A DNA stretch of 64,000 nucleotides, from assembly GCA_965603825.1 (NCBI GenBank), contig CBFDEM010000002.1, positions 62,001 through 126,000 of the forward strand, in the 5' to 3' direction. Shown piece after piece: positions 48,965 to 61,290 of this stretch (position 1 is its first letter; each line of letters begins with the position of its first letter). The DNA is from Blepharisma stoltei ATCC 30299. Taxonomy: Eukaryota; Protista; Ciliophora. The notes under the pieces were generated by a model that was given only the letters and a program-made list of their open reading frames with translations, made no database searches and had not been told where the DNA came from. Made by a program: the position numbers and the translations under genes.

Positions 48965-49174
48965 ATGGATAAGGACCAAAAAGTTTACGTGTGTGCGGTT
49001 GTTGGATTCCTACTTGGAGTTGCTGCGCATGGAGTGTTTTCTCATCTCTACTGTTCTAAAAAGAGCTGCTGCCCTCGTGGAGAAAACTGTAAGACTGGAG
49101 CATGCTGCAAAGAAGGTGGATGCTGCAAAACTGGAAAATGCTGTGACGATTGCACGTGTCCTAAGAAACCTTAA
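48965..49174 (+). CDS. Small Cys-rich, metallothionein-like protein with an N-terminal hydrophobic helix
   Basis: VYVCAVVGFLLGVAAHGVF followed by SCC..CKTGACCKEGGCCKTGKCCDDCTC. Confidence 0.7.
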   Translation: MDKDQKVYVCAVVGFLLGVAAHGVFSHLYCSKKSCCPRGENCKTGACCKEGGCCKTGKCCDDCTCPKKP

Positions 49175-50665
49175 TCATTAGATTTACCTTATTTCTTATA
49201 TTTTCTATTGTTAGTTCAAGCCAAAACATGTTTAAGTTAGGCTTTACCTAGCCAAGCTTCTATTGATCGTTATGACTCCTATGGCTTCTCTATGAGTTTT
49301 CACATCTAGAGCTTTATCAGCACTTAATTTACGTAAGCTCGATTCAGAAACCTTTAAGACAATAAAATTTTCTTTGGGAACAAATTTTTATGATGTTAAA
49401 TTTTCCTTTACTTATGAGCCTGAATTCAAATTTAAAATTATTGCTTAAATAGCCGATACCAGTTTTTGATGGCTTATCAGTAAGGGATCAGAAAATTCAC
49501 TATTTTAGTGAAGATAACTGTAAAAAAGGTAGCTATTTGCTTATAAAATAATCTAAAGGGATGCAATTATATTAATGAGTTAAAAAATTATTATATGCAT
49601 AAGCTTATTTTTAGGGGTTATTTGCCTTTCGTAATTCATGCCTAAAATTTAGACCTATTTAATCTGCAACTTTATTAATAAAAATTATTGGATAAAGAAT
49701 GGCTATTAAGGCTGATTTTTATAAGTTATTACAAATTAATGACTAAGCACTTGAAGTTTTAAAGAAAGCCACTTTTAATCAAATATAATGCTGTTTAAAT
49801 TTCAAAAAACAAGATTTGTCATACTATCAAAGAGCTTATTAAGAAAAAGCAGTTTCCTTTCTAAAAATAACATTATTACTAAATCTTTCACAAATACTTT
49901 TAATTTTATCTGATTCTCAAATTGTACCGGGCTCCACACGCAGGAGATTTTCCACGTATAGTAGCAAGATTCCTAATTTAGAATCTCCTTACTTGAATGA
50001 TTCCACATGTGTAATTTTGGTGTCACATTTTGAGTGCAATACGCAATTTTTTTACGATGAATATATAAGAAAATTAAAAATTTATTTATTTTATAAGTGT
50101 CTTTAGAAAACGTCCTCAGATTTTTAGTAATGAATTAGAGTATAAGCAATTTTTAATAATAAATTACCGTTTAAAATGCATCAAGATACTTTTAATCTCA
50201 ATTATCAAGCTGTCTTTCTTCATGAATAGTGACTTCAACAATAGAATATCATAGAAAAAATATTTAGAATTCACCAATGCCAGATTGACACAACTTTGTT
50301 AGCATTTATATGCCAAATCAGAATCAAATCTCTTTAAATTGAAGATCTCCACAATATGAAGGCAATAAAGATTGCCAAAGCTATTTGAGAGCAATAAAAA
50401 ATCATTAACTTTGCTCGAATAAAGAATTGATATTTATTGGAATTCTAAAAATAGAAAGTTATTTAGCTTTCAATAAAAATTATTAATCCCTATCTTTCTG
50501 AGCTTCAGAATTAATGATTCGCTTGAGGCAAAGGAATTAAATTGCCCCTATTACTCCTATTTGCAGATAGCCAACAATAGTCGCTATAAAACTAAGAATA
50601 AATATTATTTATTCCACAAATTTCTTTTTTCGTTTATAAAGAATTGTTTATAATTTAAATAAAAA

Positions 50666-51622
50666 TTAATGACGCCGCTGAGAAGCTCTTGATGATACTT
50701 TTTCTAGCTGCTCTTCAGCCCTTATTCTTCTAAGTTTTTCTTGCCTAAGCAAGTCTTCTAGCTCTTCAATATATCTCTTTTGCGAACTTGTTGTTACGAA
50801 CGAGTGAACTGATATGACATCCTGCTCACTTTTCTCAGCTCCTTCTTCTTTATTTTCAGCTTCATTTTCTACTACTTCTCCTTCCTCATTTACTATCTCT
50901 TCTTTTTCTTCATTAACAACATCGGTATTTTCCTTTACATGCTCATAATTTTCTCTTTTTTGAAGAGGGCTTTTATCAGGAGATTCACCCCTTTTAGACG
51001 AGTAACTTCTCGTTGATCTTGCTTTGGATCTAACAGAAATTATATCAGAGGCGACACTTTTTCTATCCTCGTCTATTTTATTTTTAACTGATGAGGTTTC
51101 TTCATTGAAACGTTTATATTCTCTTTGTTGGCTTTTAGGCCTTAAATTTCCTTTTCCGTTATTCCTATCATCTTCAATTTTCCTTGGCGAATCATCTTGA
51201 GGAAGAATTTTCACCGATTCTCTTTGTTGGCTACGTGGCCGTAAACTTCCTGCGGTAGCAGGTCTTGAAATTAGTTTATTTTCTTGAGGATTTAGCATTG
51301 ACATTGCAGATGGAGGTTTTGCTAGAGGTGGAGGAGGTCTTGCGTATTTTCCTCTCACTTCAGCGTAAACATTTGTAGCACGATAGTCATGAGACCAGGA
51401 TTTTAATAACTCCTCTTTCAATGTATCAGTTGTAATTTTAGATTCTCTCGAATACTTCGATCTAGCTCTTTTATGCGAATGAGAGCTGTTAGAATACGAC
51501 TTCATTTTTTGATCATCATCAAATCTAATTATCACTTACGTATGATATTTTGTCGCTGCGCTTAGTTCTTTATACACTCTCTGCTGCCAGGCCAAATGCT
51601 GGTCATAGTAACTTAGTGACAT
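50666..51622 (-). CDS. Hypothetical low-complexity protein with C-terminal coiled coil
   Basis: ATG 51622 (MSLSYYDQHLAWQQRVYKE) joined to the track ORF by intron 51525-51539. Confidence 0.75.
51525..51539 (-). other. 15-nt intron
   Basis: GTAAGTGATAATTAG; removes an in-frame TAA. Confidence 0.85.
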
Positions 51623-51710
51623 ATTTGATTTGTTATAAAATTAAAAAATTACTAGACCCATCATAAGAATTTTTCAAAAATTCATAGGCTAAAATTAGCA
51701 TTATTTAATA

Positions 51711-53465
51711 ATGAAGGTCGCAGGTTTACTCAGTGGAGGGATAAATTCTGTATACTCACTGGGCAGAGCTATTGCACATGGCCACCAGCCTTTATGTGTA
51801 GCTAGTTTATATGGTGGTCATAGCTCTTCTTTATTGTTTAGAAATATAGATAGAACTCTTTTGTCTGCGATTGCCAGCTCAATAGAGCTTCCTCATGTAT
51901 CGAGAAAAGTCTTAGGGATGAGTTTATGCAAGGACTTGATCTATAAGAAGACAGAAAATGATGAAGTTGAAGACCTTTATGAACTGCTATTGGAGTTAAA
52001 ATATAAATATCCTCAGGTAAAAGGGATCGTAAGTGGGCTAATTTTAAGCGACTATAAGAGGCTGAGGATTGAAGATGCCTGCTCAAGGCTAGGGTTGGTC
52101 AGTATATGTCCACTTTGGAGAGCCAATAAGAGAGGGTTACTGAAGAAAATGGTTGAAGAAGGATATCAAGGGCTGGTAACAAGGGTTTATGATTGGAATG
52201 ATATTAAAGAATATGATGGAAAATCGACTGGGGAACTGTGGAACTTTTTGGAGAGCCATAAAGAAATAGAAAAAGATATAAATTATGGGCTAAAGAAAAC
52301 TTACGAGACCTTCGCTCTTGATGCTCCAATTATGAAGAAAAAGATTGAAATCAAAAAAATCAGCATCGGAGACAGCTCAATTCAGCAGTTTATTGTTAAG
52401 CATAAACAAACCAATAAAGCTGAAATACTTAAAGATGATGAGCCTACCACTTTTCCTCAGTTTTTCCAGCGTGGCAAATCTTTTTACACCGGAGAAATAT
52501 CAGCAGAATCTTTAAACACAACCCCAGAAAACTTAGACGATGAAATTTTCACTGTTTTGAAAGGACTAAAAGAAATGCTTCATGCCCACAATTTTTCAAT
52601 GCAGGACATTTTCTACGTCAATGTATATATGAAAGATATGAGAGATTTTGAGCGTTTTAACTCAGTTTATGCAATGTTTTTCAATTTCCCTAATCCTCCA
52701 GCTAGAATATTCTGCGAATATGCAACTCAAAAACAGAACTTAAAAATAGCTGTAAAAGGCTATAAAGGACCTAAAATCTGCACATGGGTGAGAAGCATAA
52801 CCCCTTGGTCAGTTGCAAATATTGGTCCTTATAGCCAAGCTTTTGACGTAAAAGGGATTTTGCATATGGCAGGAGTGATCCCATTGGTTCCAACAACAAT
52901 GGAGATGTCACATGATCAGGTTTCTACCGCACTAAGAAACAGTGAAGCCATTGCAGGAGAGAATGGATTTAAGCTGACAAATTCAGACCTTTGTTTGGTT
53001 TATTATTCTGACTATAAGCCTATGATTAACCCTGAGCTGAATCCTTTCTATATAAAACCAACCAAAATTCCTAAAAATTCAGACATTGAATTTGAATTCC
53101 ACTTAAGAGATACTGGGACGATGCTTGAAAACTCAGAAGTCACAATTGAAGGAGAAGGATATCATGCAAGAATCCAAAAAAGAGAAAGCACTGTCAAGCT
53201 GTATCTGATTTGGTACGCCCAGATCGAAAACGATACAAATCCTCTGAATTTAATTCAAAAACTCAAAAAAGACATTGAAGATTACGTCAAAAAAATTAAA
53301 CGTACAGATAAGGTGGAAGATTTAGAAAAATATGTGAATGATGTAAGAGTATACTCACCAGACGCAGAAAAGTACAAGCAGGATTGGTTCCTCAACGTCC
53401 CAGCTGTCTTTATTGATACAGAAACTAGAGGAATCGTTATTTCAGTTCAAGATTTCAATAACTAA
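51711..53465 (+). CDS. DPH6: Diphthine-ammonia ligase (DPH6)-like protein with C-terminal RidA/YjgF domains, divergent
   Basis: MKVAGLLSGG, DEVEDLYELL, ILSDY.R.RIE..C.RLGL, F..FN.VY..FF...PPAR, ANIGPYSQA. Confidence 0.82.
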   Translation: MKVAGLLSGGINSVYSLGRAIAHGHQPLCVASLYGGHSSSLLFRNIDRTLLSAIASSIELPHVSRKVLGMSLCKDLIYKKTENDEVEDLYELLLELKYKYPQVKGIVSGLILSDYKRLRIEDACSRLGLVSICPLWRANKRGLLKKMVEEGYQGLVTRVYDWNDIKEYDGKSTGELWNFLESHKEIEKDINYGLKKTYETFALDAPIMKKKIEIKKISIGDSSIQQFIVKHKQTNKAEILKDDEPTTFPQFFQRGKSFYTGEISAESLNTTPENLDDEIFTVLKGLKEMLHAHNFSMQDIFYVNVYMKDMRDFERFNSVYAMFFNFPNPPARIFCEYATQKQNLKIAVKGYKGPKICTWVRSITPWSVANIGPYSQAFDVKGILHMAGVIPLVPTTMEMSHDQVSTALRNSEAIAGENGFKLTNSDLCLVYYSDYKPMINPELNPFYIKPTKIPKNSDIEFEFHLRDTGTMLENSEVTIEGEGYHARIQKRESTVKLYLIWYAQIENDTNPLNLIQKLKKDIEDYVKKIKRTDKVEDLEKYVNDVRVYSPDAEKYKQDWFLNVPAVFIDTETRGIVISVQDFNN

Positions 53466-53512
53466 TAAGTCTGCAAAAACTAAAATGACTAGCTTTTCTT
53501 TATAATAATTAA

Positions 53513-55663
53513 ATGGATCTTGATCCAGCTCCACGAAAAAAACAGAAATTAGCAGACAATGTTTCTGATCTCTTCGGAAAGAATGATTTTTATAATTTTG
53601 AACTTAAGCCAGACCACCTTGATAAGCCTATATGAGTCTGCCCAAATGGACATGTTTTTCTGGAAGCACACTCACCAATATACCAACAAATCACAGATTT
53701 CCTGATAGCGATTGCAGAGCCTGTCAGTAGACCAGAGCATGTTCATGAATATATCATAACTCGCTATTCTCTTTACGCTGCAGTCTCAGTCAAACTGGAC
53801 ACTGATTATATCATCTCTGTGTTACAAACCTACTGCAAGACTGTAAACTTGCCATCAGAAGTTATTGAATTCATACAAGAAAACACTGCACAATACGGCA
53901 AAGCCAAACTTGTACTAAAACACAATCGGTATTACATAGAATCAGTCTACGAAGGAGTCTTAGATGATCTTTTACAAATCCAAAGTGTAAGAGTCGCTAA
54001 AGACACTGTACAGTCCATGATTATTGAGTCAGGAGAAAACCATATAGAAGATGTAAGAGAAGAATTAGACCGTTTAAGAGATGCAGAAAATGTTGAAGTC
54101 GCTGAAAAAGTCGAAAGTTTTGAAATTAACCCAGATATGATTGAGATAGTCAGAAGAGACTGCCATGATGAGAATTTCCCACTATTAGAAGAATATGACT
54201 TTATGAATGACACAAAAAATATTAAATTAGAAATTGACCTGAAGCCAAGTACACATATAAGATCTTATCAAGAAAAAAGTTTAAGCAAAATGTTCAGCAA
54301 TGGGAGAGCGAGGTCAGGAGTCATTGTGCTGCCTTGTGGATCTGGGAAAACACTTGTAGGGATTACTGCTGTTTGCACTATAAAGCATCGAGCCATTGTA
54401 CTCTGTACAAGTGGAGTAGCTGTTGAGCAGTGAAAAAGGCAGTTTGAGCTGTGGAGCACTGTAAACCCAGCTAATATTATTAGGTTTACCGCCACTTCTA
54501 AAGACAAATTCCCCGAAAACCAAGCAACCATTGTGATTTCTACGTATTCTATGATGGGATTCCAAGGCAAAAGATCAGCAGAATCTCAAGAACTCTACGA
54601 CAAGCTAAAAAATCACGAATGGGGCTTATTAGTGATGGACGAAGTCCAAGTCGTCCCAGCCGACATGTTCAGAAAGGTCATTTTTGAAGTAAAAAGTCAC
54701 TGTAAGCTTGGCCTTACCGCCACACTTGTAAGAGAAGACGAAAGAATTGAAGACTTAAACTTCTTAATTGGGCCTAAATTATATGAAGCAAACTGGCTAG
54801 ACATGCAGAGTTTAGGCCATATCGCCAAAGTCCAGTGTATCGAAGTATGGTGCCCTATGACTGCTGAATTTTTCCAAGAATACCTCAGTGCAAAACCCAG
54901 AAAAAAAATCCTTTTATATGTGGCAAATCCTAATAAACTTATGACATGTCAATATTTAGTAAAAAAACATGAGGCAGCTGGCGACAAAATAATCATTTTC
55001 AGTGACAATTTATTTGTGCTGGAGCTTTATAGCAAAGCTCTTAAACTGCCTGTAATTTCTGGCCAAACTTCTCAGGACGAAAGAATGAGAATCCTTTACT
55101 CTTTTGAAAATACGTCCAATAACAATGTAATTTTAGTGTCAAAAGTCGCTGATAACTCTATAGATCTCCCAGGCGCAAATGTGATTATACAGATTTCGTC
55201 ACATTTTGGGTCAAGACGTCAAGAAGCCCAAAGACTGGGCAGAATTTTGAGGCCGAAAACCAATATGGTCCAGACCAGCGAATTTAATGCATCTTTTTAT
55301 TCTTTGGTTTCACAAGATACCCAAGAAATGTGGTATGCTGACAAAAGGCAACAGTTTCTTATAGATCAAGGGTATTCTTATAAAGTCATGAATATTGTGA
55401 ATGAAGTTCTTGCAGACCAAACGCTGAAATTTTCTAATAAAAATGAACAAAAGTCGTTATTGGAAAGGCTGCTGCAGGCTAAAGATATAGATGATGAGGC
55501 AAATGAGGATCCAGATGATATTACACCTGAGACTATGTCAAGGAAAACGGGAGACTTGTCGAGGCTGTCAGGACAGTCAGCAGGATATGCACTGCAGAAG
55601 AAGTCGATGCAGAGGCATAAGATGTTTAGAATGAGATATAAGAAATTTAAACCAGGAACTTAA
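53513..55663 (+). CDS. XPB: TFIIH helicase subunit XPB (ERCC3/SSL2)
   Basis: LKPDH..PI(W)VCP.GHVFLE, IAEPVSRP, RSGVIVLPCGSGKT, GLTATLVRED, GSRRQEAQRLGRILR; two TGA=Trp. Confidence 0.95.
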
Positions 55664-55673
55664 AATTAATAAA

Positions 55674-55919
55674 TTAAGGGTCGATAAAGTGGATGTATAC
55701 CATAAGCCCAATAAAAAAGACTTCGGAGTAGATTACTAGGTCACTCCATGTAAATCTGACTAATCGAGGTAGGAGTTTTGGGAAAGATTTATTTGTATGC
55801 TTGTAAATTGAGGTAAGAAGAGTGCTTGACTATGTAGACATTACTGCTGGGGCAGTCTTTTTGGCAATATCACTGTTTGGTGGCTTGGTTGAAAGATGCC
55901 GAATCACAATTCTTAACAT
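55674..55919 (-). CDS. Small (76 aa) putative mitochondrial membrane protein
   Basis: MLRIVIRHLST presequence-like start; consensus intron 55830-55844; hydrophobic C-terminus; absent from the ORF track. Confidence 0.65.
55830..55844 (-). other. 15-nt intron
   Basis: GTAATGTCTACATAG; removes an in-frame TAG; A at -6. Confidence 0.7.
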
Positions 55920-56409
55920 TAAATTTATAATTTAATAAAAATAAAATAAAGTTGTGTCTTATATATTTATTGATATTTTATTATAATTTATTGCTATAAT
56001 GTAGGTTTATTTACTAATATATAGACTTATTAACAATTAAATTTGGCTATCTTCATATAATATTCATAAAAAAAGTCTGATGGTGCATTTATTTGCTTAT
56101 TATATTTATTTATATAAATTTAGAGCAATAATTTTATTTATCTGCATTATCCTTGAAATTAAAATAATAAAAAATTGGCTTTATTTCTTAAAAAACCGCA
56201 AATAATAAATGCGTAATTTAAAAGATTTTTTAATAAATATAATGAAATCTAAGCAATAAAGATCAACAAAATAATTAACTAAACAAATTTATCAATATTT
56301 ATTATATTTTCAAAAGTCAAATTTGCCTCCAAATTCTTAATTTTCCCTCCATTTCTGAAATTTGTTATACAAACTTTACGATTTCATATTTACGCACTTT
56401 ACCTTTTTT

Positions 56410-56904
56410 ATGAAGACCCGCTCAATGTCGAATTTGCCACACTTAGCAGCCCCCAGCTCGCCCTCTAATAAACACAAAGAAAATTTTAATATCCCAAGCT
56501 ATCCCGAAGATCTTTTTCCAAAAATTAATAAAAACTCAGAGCAAATTAATGACTTTTTGCTTGAGGACCCAGATTATAATTTCAATAAAAACAGAAAACG
56601 AAAAACTAAAGAACAGTTAAAAATGCTTAAAGAAACCTTTTATTCTAATGCTGCTTGGACTAAGGAAATTGTGTCAGAATTAGCTAGGAAAACTGGGTTA
56701 AGCGAAAATCAAGTTTATAAATGGAGTTGAGATTATAAGAAAAAAATCAAACAAGAAGGGCCTTGAAATGACGTGAAAATGCTGGTTTGTCAAGAATTAT
56801 TGGCGCCGTCAAGACTAGAATGCGATTTATATGCATTGCAGAGGAGGTATAAATCTGCATTAACTGATATCCAACAAAAGTATTGAAATTATTATAGAAA
56901 TTAA
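56410..56904 (+). CDS. Homeodomain protein
   Basis: RKRKTKEQLKMLKETF..WTKE.VSELARKTGLSENQVYKWS(W)DYKKK. Confidence 0.82.
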
Positions 56905-57008
56905 TGCAAAATGCTTATATTAATAAAAAATAATGTAATCATATTTTGAAAAAGAATTTAAGATCCTGCAAAACTAATATAATTATCCCATTTTTAAATA
57001 AAGCAAAT

Positions 57009-57488
<480 letters not shown>

Positions 57489-58029
57489 TCAATCAGAAAA
57501 GAGCAGAATTTTACAATTATAGATGCCGCTAATGATTAATGAGCAATAAAATATATCTAAATTAGACTTGCCTAGCATAAACGAAGCAAGATTCCCACTT
57601 TTATATATAGACAATTCATAGGATAGTCAAATATGGAAAACTACATCACATATCTTTTTGTTTTATATAATATATAGGATTTAAAATAAATATCATGAAC
57701 ATTTTTCCAAGATAATTTCTACTGAAAAATTAAAAAAATTATTTCTTAATAATTAATAGCGTTAAATCAGGAAAGCTAAATAGTAGTAAAAAATTTATAG
57801 GGCTTATTAATTATTAATAGCCTAAATAAGCTATTCTAAACTTCATATTTTAAGCATAAAATCCATTTTGCACCCTCGGCCCTCTGACTCCATCTATTCC
57901 ATATTTATTCTGTTATAATAAATATTTGATCAAGTGTTTATGCTTTTCAGCTTAATTTAATCTGACGTGCAACAATTTATTAATGCATCTCACATTTTAC
58001 TTCCATATCTATAATCTAATTTTATTATA

Positions 58030-58262
58030 GAAGCTTCCTTTATCCTTTAAAACTAAATACAGTGTTGATTCAAATGCAATTTTATGTTCTTTAAGTTGTC
58101 TATAATCTTCAATTAATTTTTTTCCTGAAAAAATTAGTCTTTGCATGTCTGGAGAATTTCTTCCTTGGCTTGAATTCTAGCCTTTAAATAGTCAACAGCA
58201 TTTGAAGGCTCCACATCAAAAATTGTGGTTTTATCTGCAAGGTCTCTAATAAATATTCGCAT
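58030..58262 (-). pseudogene. Frameshifted divergent ubiquitin pseudogene
   Basis: MRIFIRDLADKTTIFDVEPSNAVDYLKARIQAKEEI, 1-nt frameshift, then PDMQRLIFSGKK..ESTLYLVL; no GG; end approximate. Confidence 0.75.
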
Positions 58263-58369
58263 AATTATAAGAGATGCTAATATAAACAAATTCTTATAAT
58301 TTTTTCATTGAATTTATTTATACTGAAGTTTAAAATTAGCTGATTATTTGAATTTTTCCATCATTTTAT

Positions 58370-58852
<483 letters not shown>

Positions 58853-59024
58853 TTAACAGAAAAGAGCAGAATATATCCTTTTAATAAGTAATTTCCTAAA
58901 GCAAAAAATCTGATTCAATATTAGTGATTTTAAGAATTGTTTAACAGATAAAAATATATAAATTCAATTGCTAAATATTAATTATACATTTTTCATCTCA
59001 TTAAGATAAGAATTTAATTATTTA

Positions 59025-59255
59025 TTAGCATCCCCTCAAATTGATTATGAGGCTTAATGATGCTTCAGCATATATTCCATAATCTGCTAATGCAAAATCG
59101 TTACTAAGCTGTCTGCCAGCATATACCAGAACCTGTAGGTCCGGGGGAATGCCTTCTAAGTCTTGAATCTTTTCTTTAATATTTAAAGGAGAATCACTAG
59201 GCTCTGCATCAATAACTAGCGTCTTTCCAGTCAAAGTGCTTATGGATAGTTTCAT
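59025..59255 (-). CDS. Stand-alone 76-aa ubiquitin-like protein ending -NLRGC
   Basis: TLTGKT, EGIPPD, YAGRQL; aligns ungapped to ubiquitin with Cys at position 76. Confidence 0.88.
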   Translation of the reverse strand: MKLSISTLTGKTLVIDAEPSDSPLNIKEKIQDLEGIPPDLQVLVYAGRQLSNDFALADYGIYAEASLSLIINLRGC

Positions 59256-59933
59256 TTATTATTAAATTATATAAAAATGTCGGCTAAGATCAGAAATCTT
59301 ATATTATTCATATTATGTCTTACTCAATTTATAAGTCAAAAATATTTATAAAACCGAGATATTTTAGTACAATTTTTACAACCTTTATAAATAAATTAAA
59401 AATTTAAGGCAAAAAAAACGCTTGAATAGAGCATTTTAAAAATTCTAAAGAGAGGATCTTATTATAGGTAGAAGATTATTTAATTGAATAATTAAAAAGC
59501 TATAAATGATTTCCCAATGATGTTGGTGCTAAATTTTTAAAATATGGATAATAGTTGTATTAATAAAGACAAGATACATATAAAAGTGAAAACTAGAATC
59601 GTTAGATAAAACAAACTATTAAGGAAATCTTGGGCCAAATGGCCAGATACCTTCATTTTGATGTAGTTCTTAGCATCTCAACTCTCTGTGAATTTGTTTA
59701 TCAACCTATACTTTTTACAATTCGAAAACTTTCATTTATGTAGCCGCATATAATATCAATGTGTTAATATGATCGCTGGGTATTCGCACTTCTATAGCCA
59801 TTTCCAGCTCATACCTCTGACTATGTTAATCTCGCTCTATGAATCTGATCGTCAATCTAAAGACCTTTTCAGCTAAAAGGGTTGGATGCTTGTCATATAT
59901 CAGTTTATATACTAGTCTCAAATTATAACTTTA

Positions 59934-60170
59934 TTAAGCGCCTCCTCTGTTCCGTAAAATTAAGTACAGTGTTGCCTCTTTTCCTATATTAATATCTGCA
60001 ATAGTTTTCCAATCTTCTAATTGTTTTCCTGCAAAGACTAACCTTTGCTCGTCTGGAGGAATTTCTTCTTTCTCCTGAATTTTAGCCTTTAAAAAGTCAA
60101 TAGTGTATCAATGCTCCACATCTAGGGTTATGGTCTTTCCTTTTAGGGTTTTAACAAATAATTCCCACAT
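59934..60170 (-). CDS. Divergent ubiquitin-like protein ending -RNRGGA (78 aa)
   Basis: [20 protein letters not shown](W)[33 protein letters not shown]...; intact with one TGA=Trp; absent from the ORF track. Confidence 0.8.
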
Positions 60171-60299
60171 TATAAGCAAGCATTTTAATCAGATTTACCC
60201 AAAATTTCCAATTTATAATCCTAAATAAAGTCAAGGTATTAATATTTACATATATAAATATTCTCTCGTAGTTATTGATTTTTTCACTTTATAAATAAA

Positions 60300-61286
60300 A
60301 TGAAAATTTCTTTCATTTTGCTTTTCTTTCTCTATGTTTCTGTAGCACAAGAAGAAAATTTCAAATTTCTGAAAGAAAAAGCAAGCGCATGCATAAAGCT
60401 TGCAAGACTTAAAATGATTGAGGAAAAAGATGATTTTGACAGGCTATTCAAGGATGTTCCTAAAGAACTTGAAGAAAGATATATTAATAGAGTCATAGGA
60501 GACATCATTTTAGAATGCGCAGAAAAGATTGCACCAGAAGAAGCCATCGATATAATTGAAAAAGGAGAAAAAGTGAAATACTTGCCTAAGCACAAACAAT
60601 TGATGACCTGGAGTGAAGGTCCTATCGACCTGCAAACAAAAAGAGACTATACAACTGAGCAGCTTATTATTTTTCAAGAAATTGTTGACCAAACCAATGA
60701 AATGAAAAAAGCTATTGGTCTAGACGAAGATGACCAGCCTGTAGAGAACAGAAAACAAAAACTAGCCGCTTGCTTTGTGCTGGCTAGATTTATAGTAAGA
60801 GAAGACCTAGAAGAAATCACTAAACTATTAGAAAAATACCCTAAATTGTCAAAAGAAAGAGGAACTAACAAAATCCTCGGGGATATCCTTGAAAAATGTG
60901 TATACGGCATCACAAATGAAGACACATTCCAAATTTTAGAAGAAAAAGAAAACGCATCAGTGCTGCCTCAATATAGGAAATTTTTAGAATGGGACCGTAA
61001 CCAATTTGAAGGCATAAGCGAAATAAGCTACACAAAAAAGCAGCATCAAATTTTCAAGGAACTAGTCGACGCACACAAAAAACTATCAGAAAATAAATAC
61101 CAGCAAGACACAAATGAAGATACCACAAGTCCTCAAGAATACGCTGCTTATAATTTTGGTTGGGGATATGTGATGATTATTATTTTTATTTTTTCAGCTG
61201 TTTTTTATTTCCTGATAAAGAATGTAATAGCTGAAAATAAAAGAAATGAGAAAAAGAAAAGTGATAAAAAGAAAAAAAATAAATAG
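60300..61286 (+). CDS. Type I membrane protein with two internal repeats and a poly-Lys tail
   Basis: Signal peptide; ACIKLAR..IGDIILECAEKI and ACFVLAR..LGDILEKCVYGI repeats; TM; KKKKNK end. Confidence 0.75.
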   Translation: MKISFILLFFLYVSVAQEENFKFLKEKASACIKLARLKMIEEKDDFDRLFKDVPKELEERYINRVIGDIILECAEKIAPEEAIDIIEKGEKVKYLPKHKQLMTWSEGPIDLQTKRDYTTEQLIIFQEIVDQTNEMKKAIGLDEDDQPVENRKQKLAACFVLARFIVREDLEEITKLLEKYPKLSKERGTNKILGDILEKCVYGITNEDTFQILEEKENASVLPQYRKFLEWDRNQFEGISEISYTKKQHQIFKELVDAHKKLSENKYQQDTNEDTTSPQEYAAYNFGWGYVMIIIFIFSAVFYFLIKNVIAENKRNEKKKSDKKKKNK

Positions 61287-61290
61287 ATTT

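Noticed and set aside
54637-54648. XPB motif II DEVQ instead of DEVH as inactivation
   Set aside because: All other helicase motifs are intact; most likely a tolerated lineage variant
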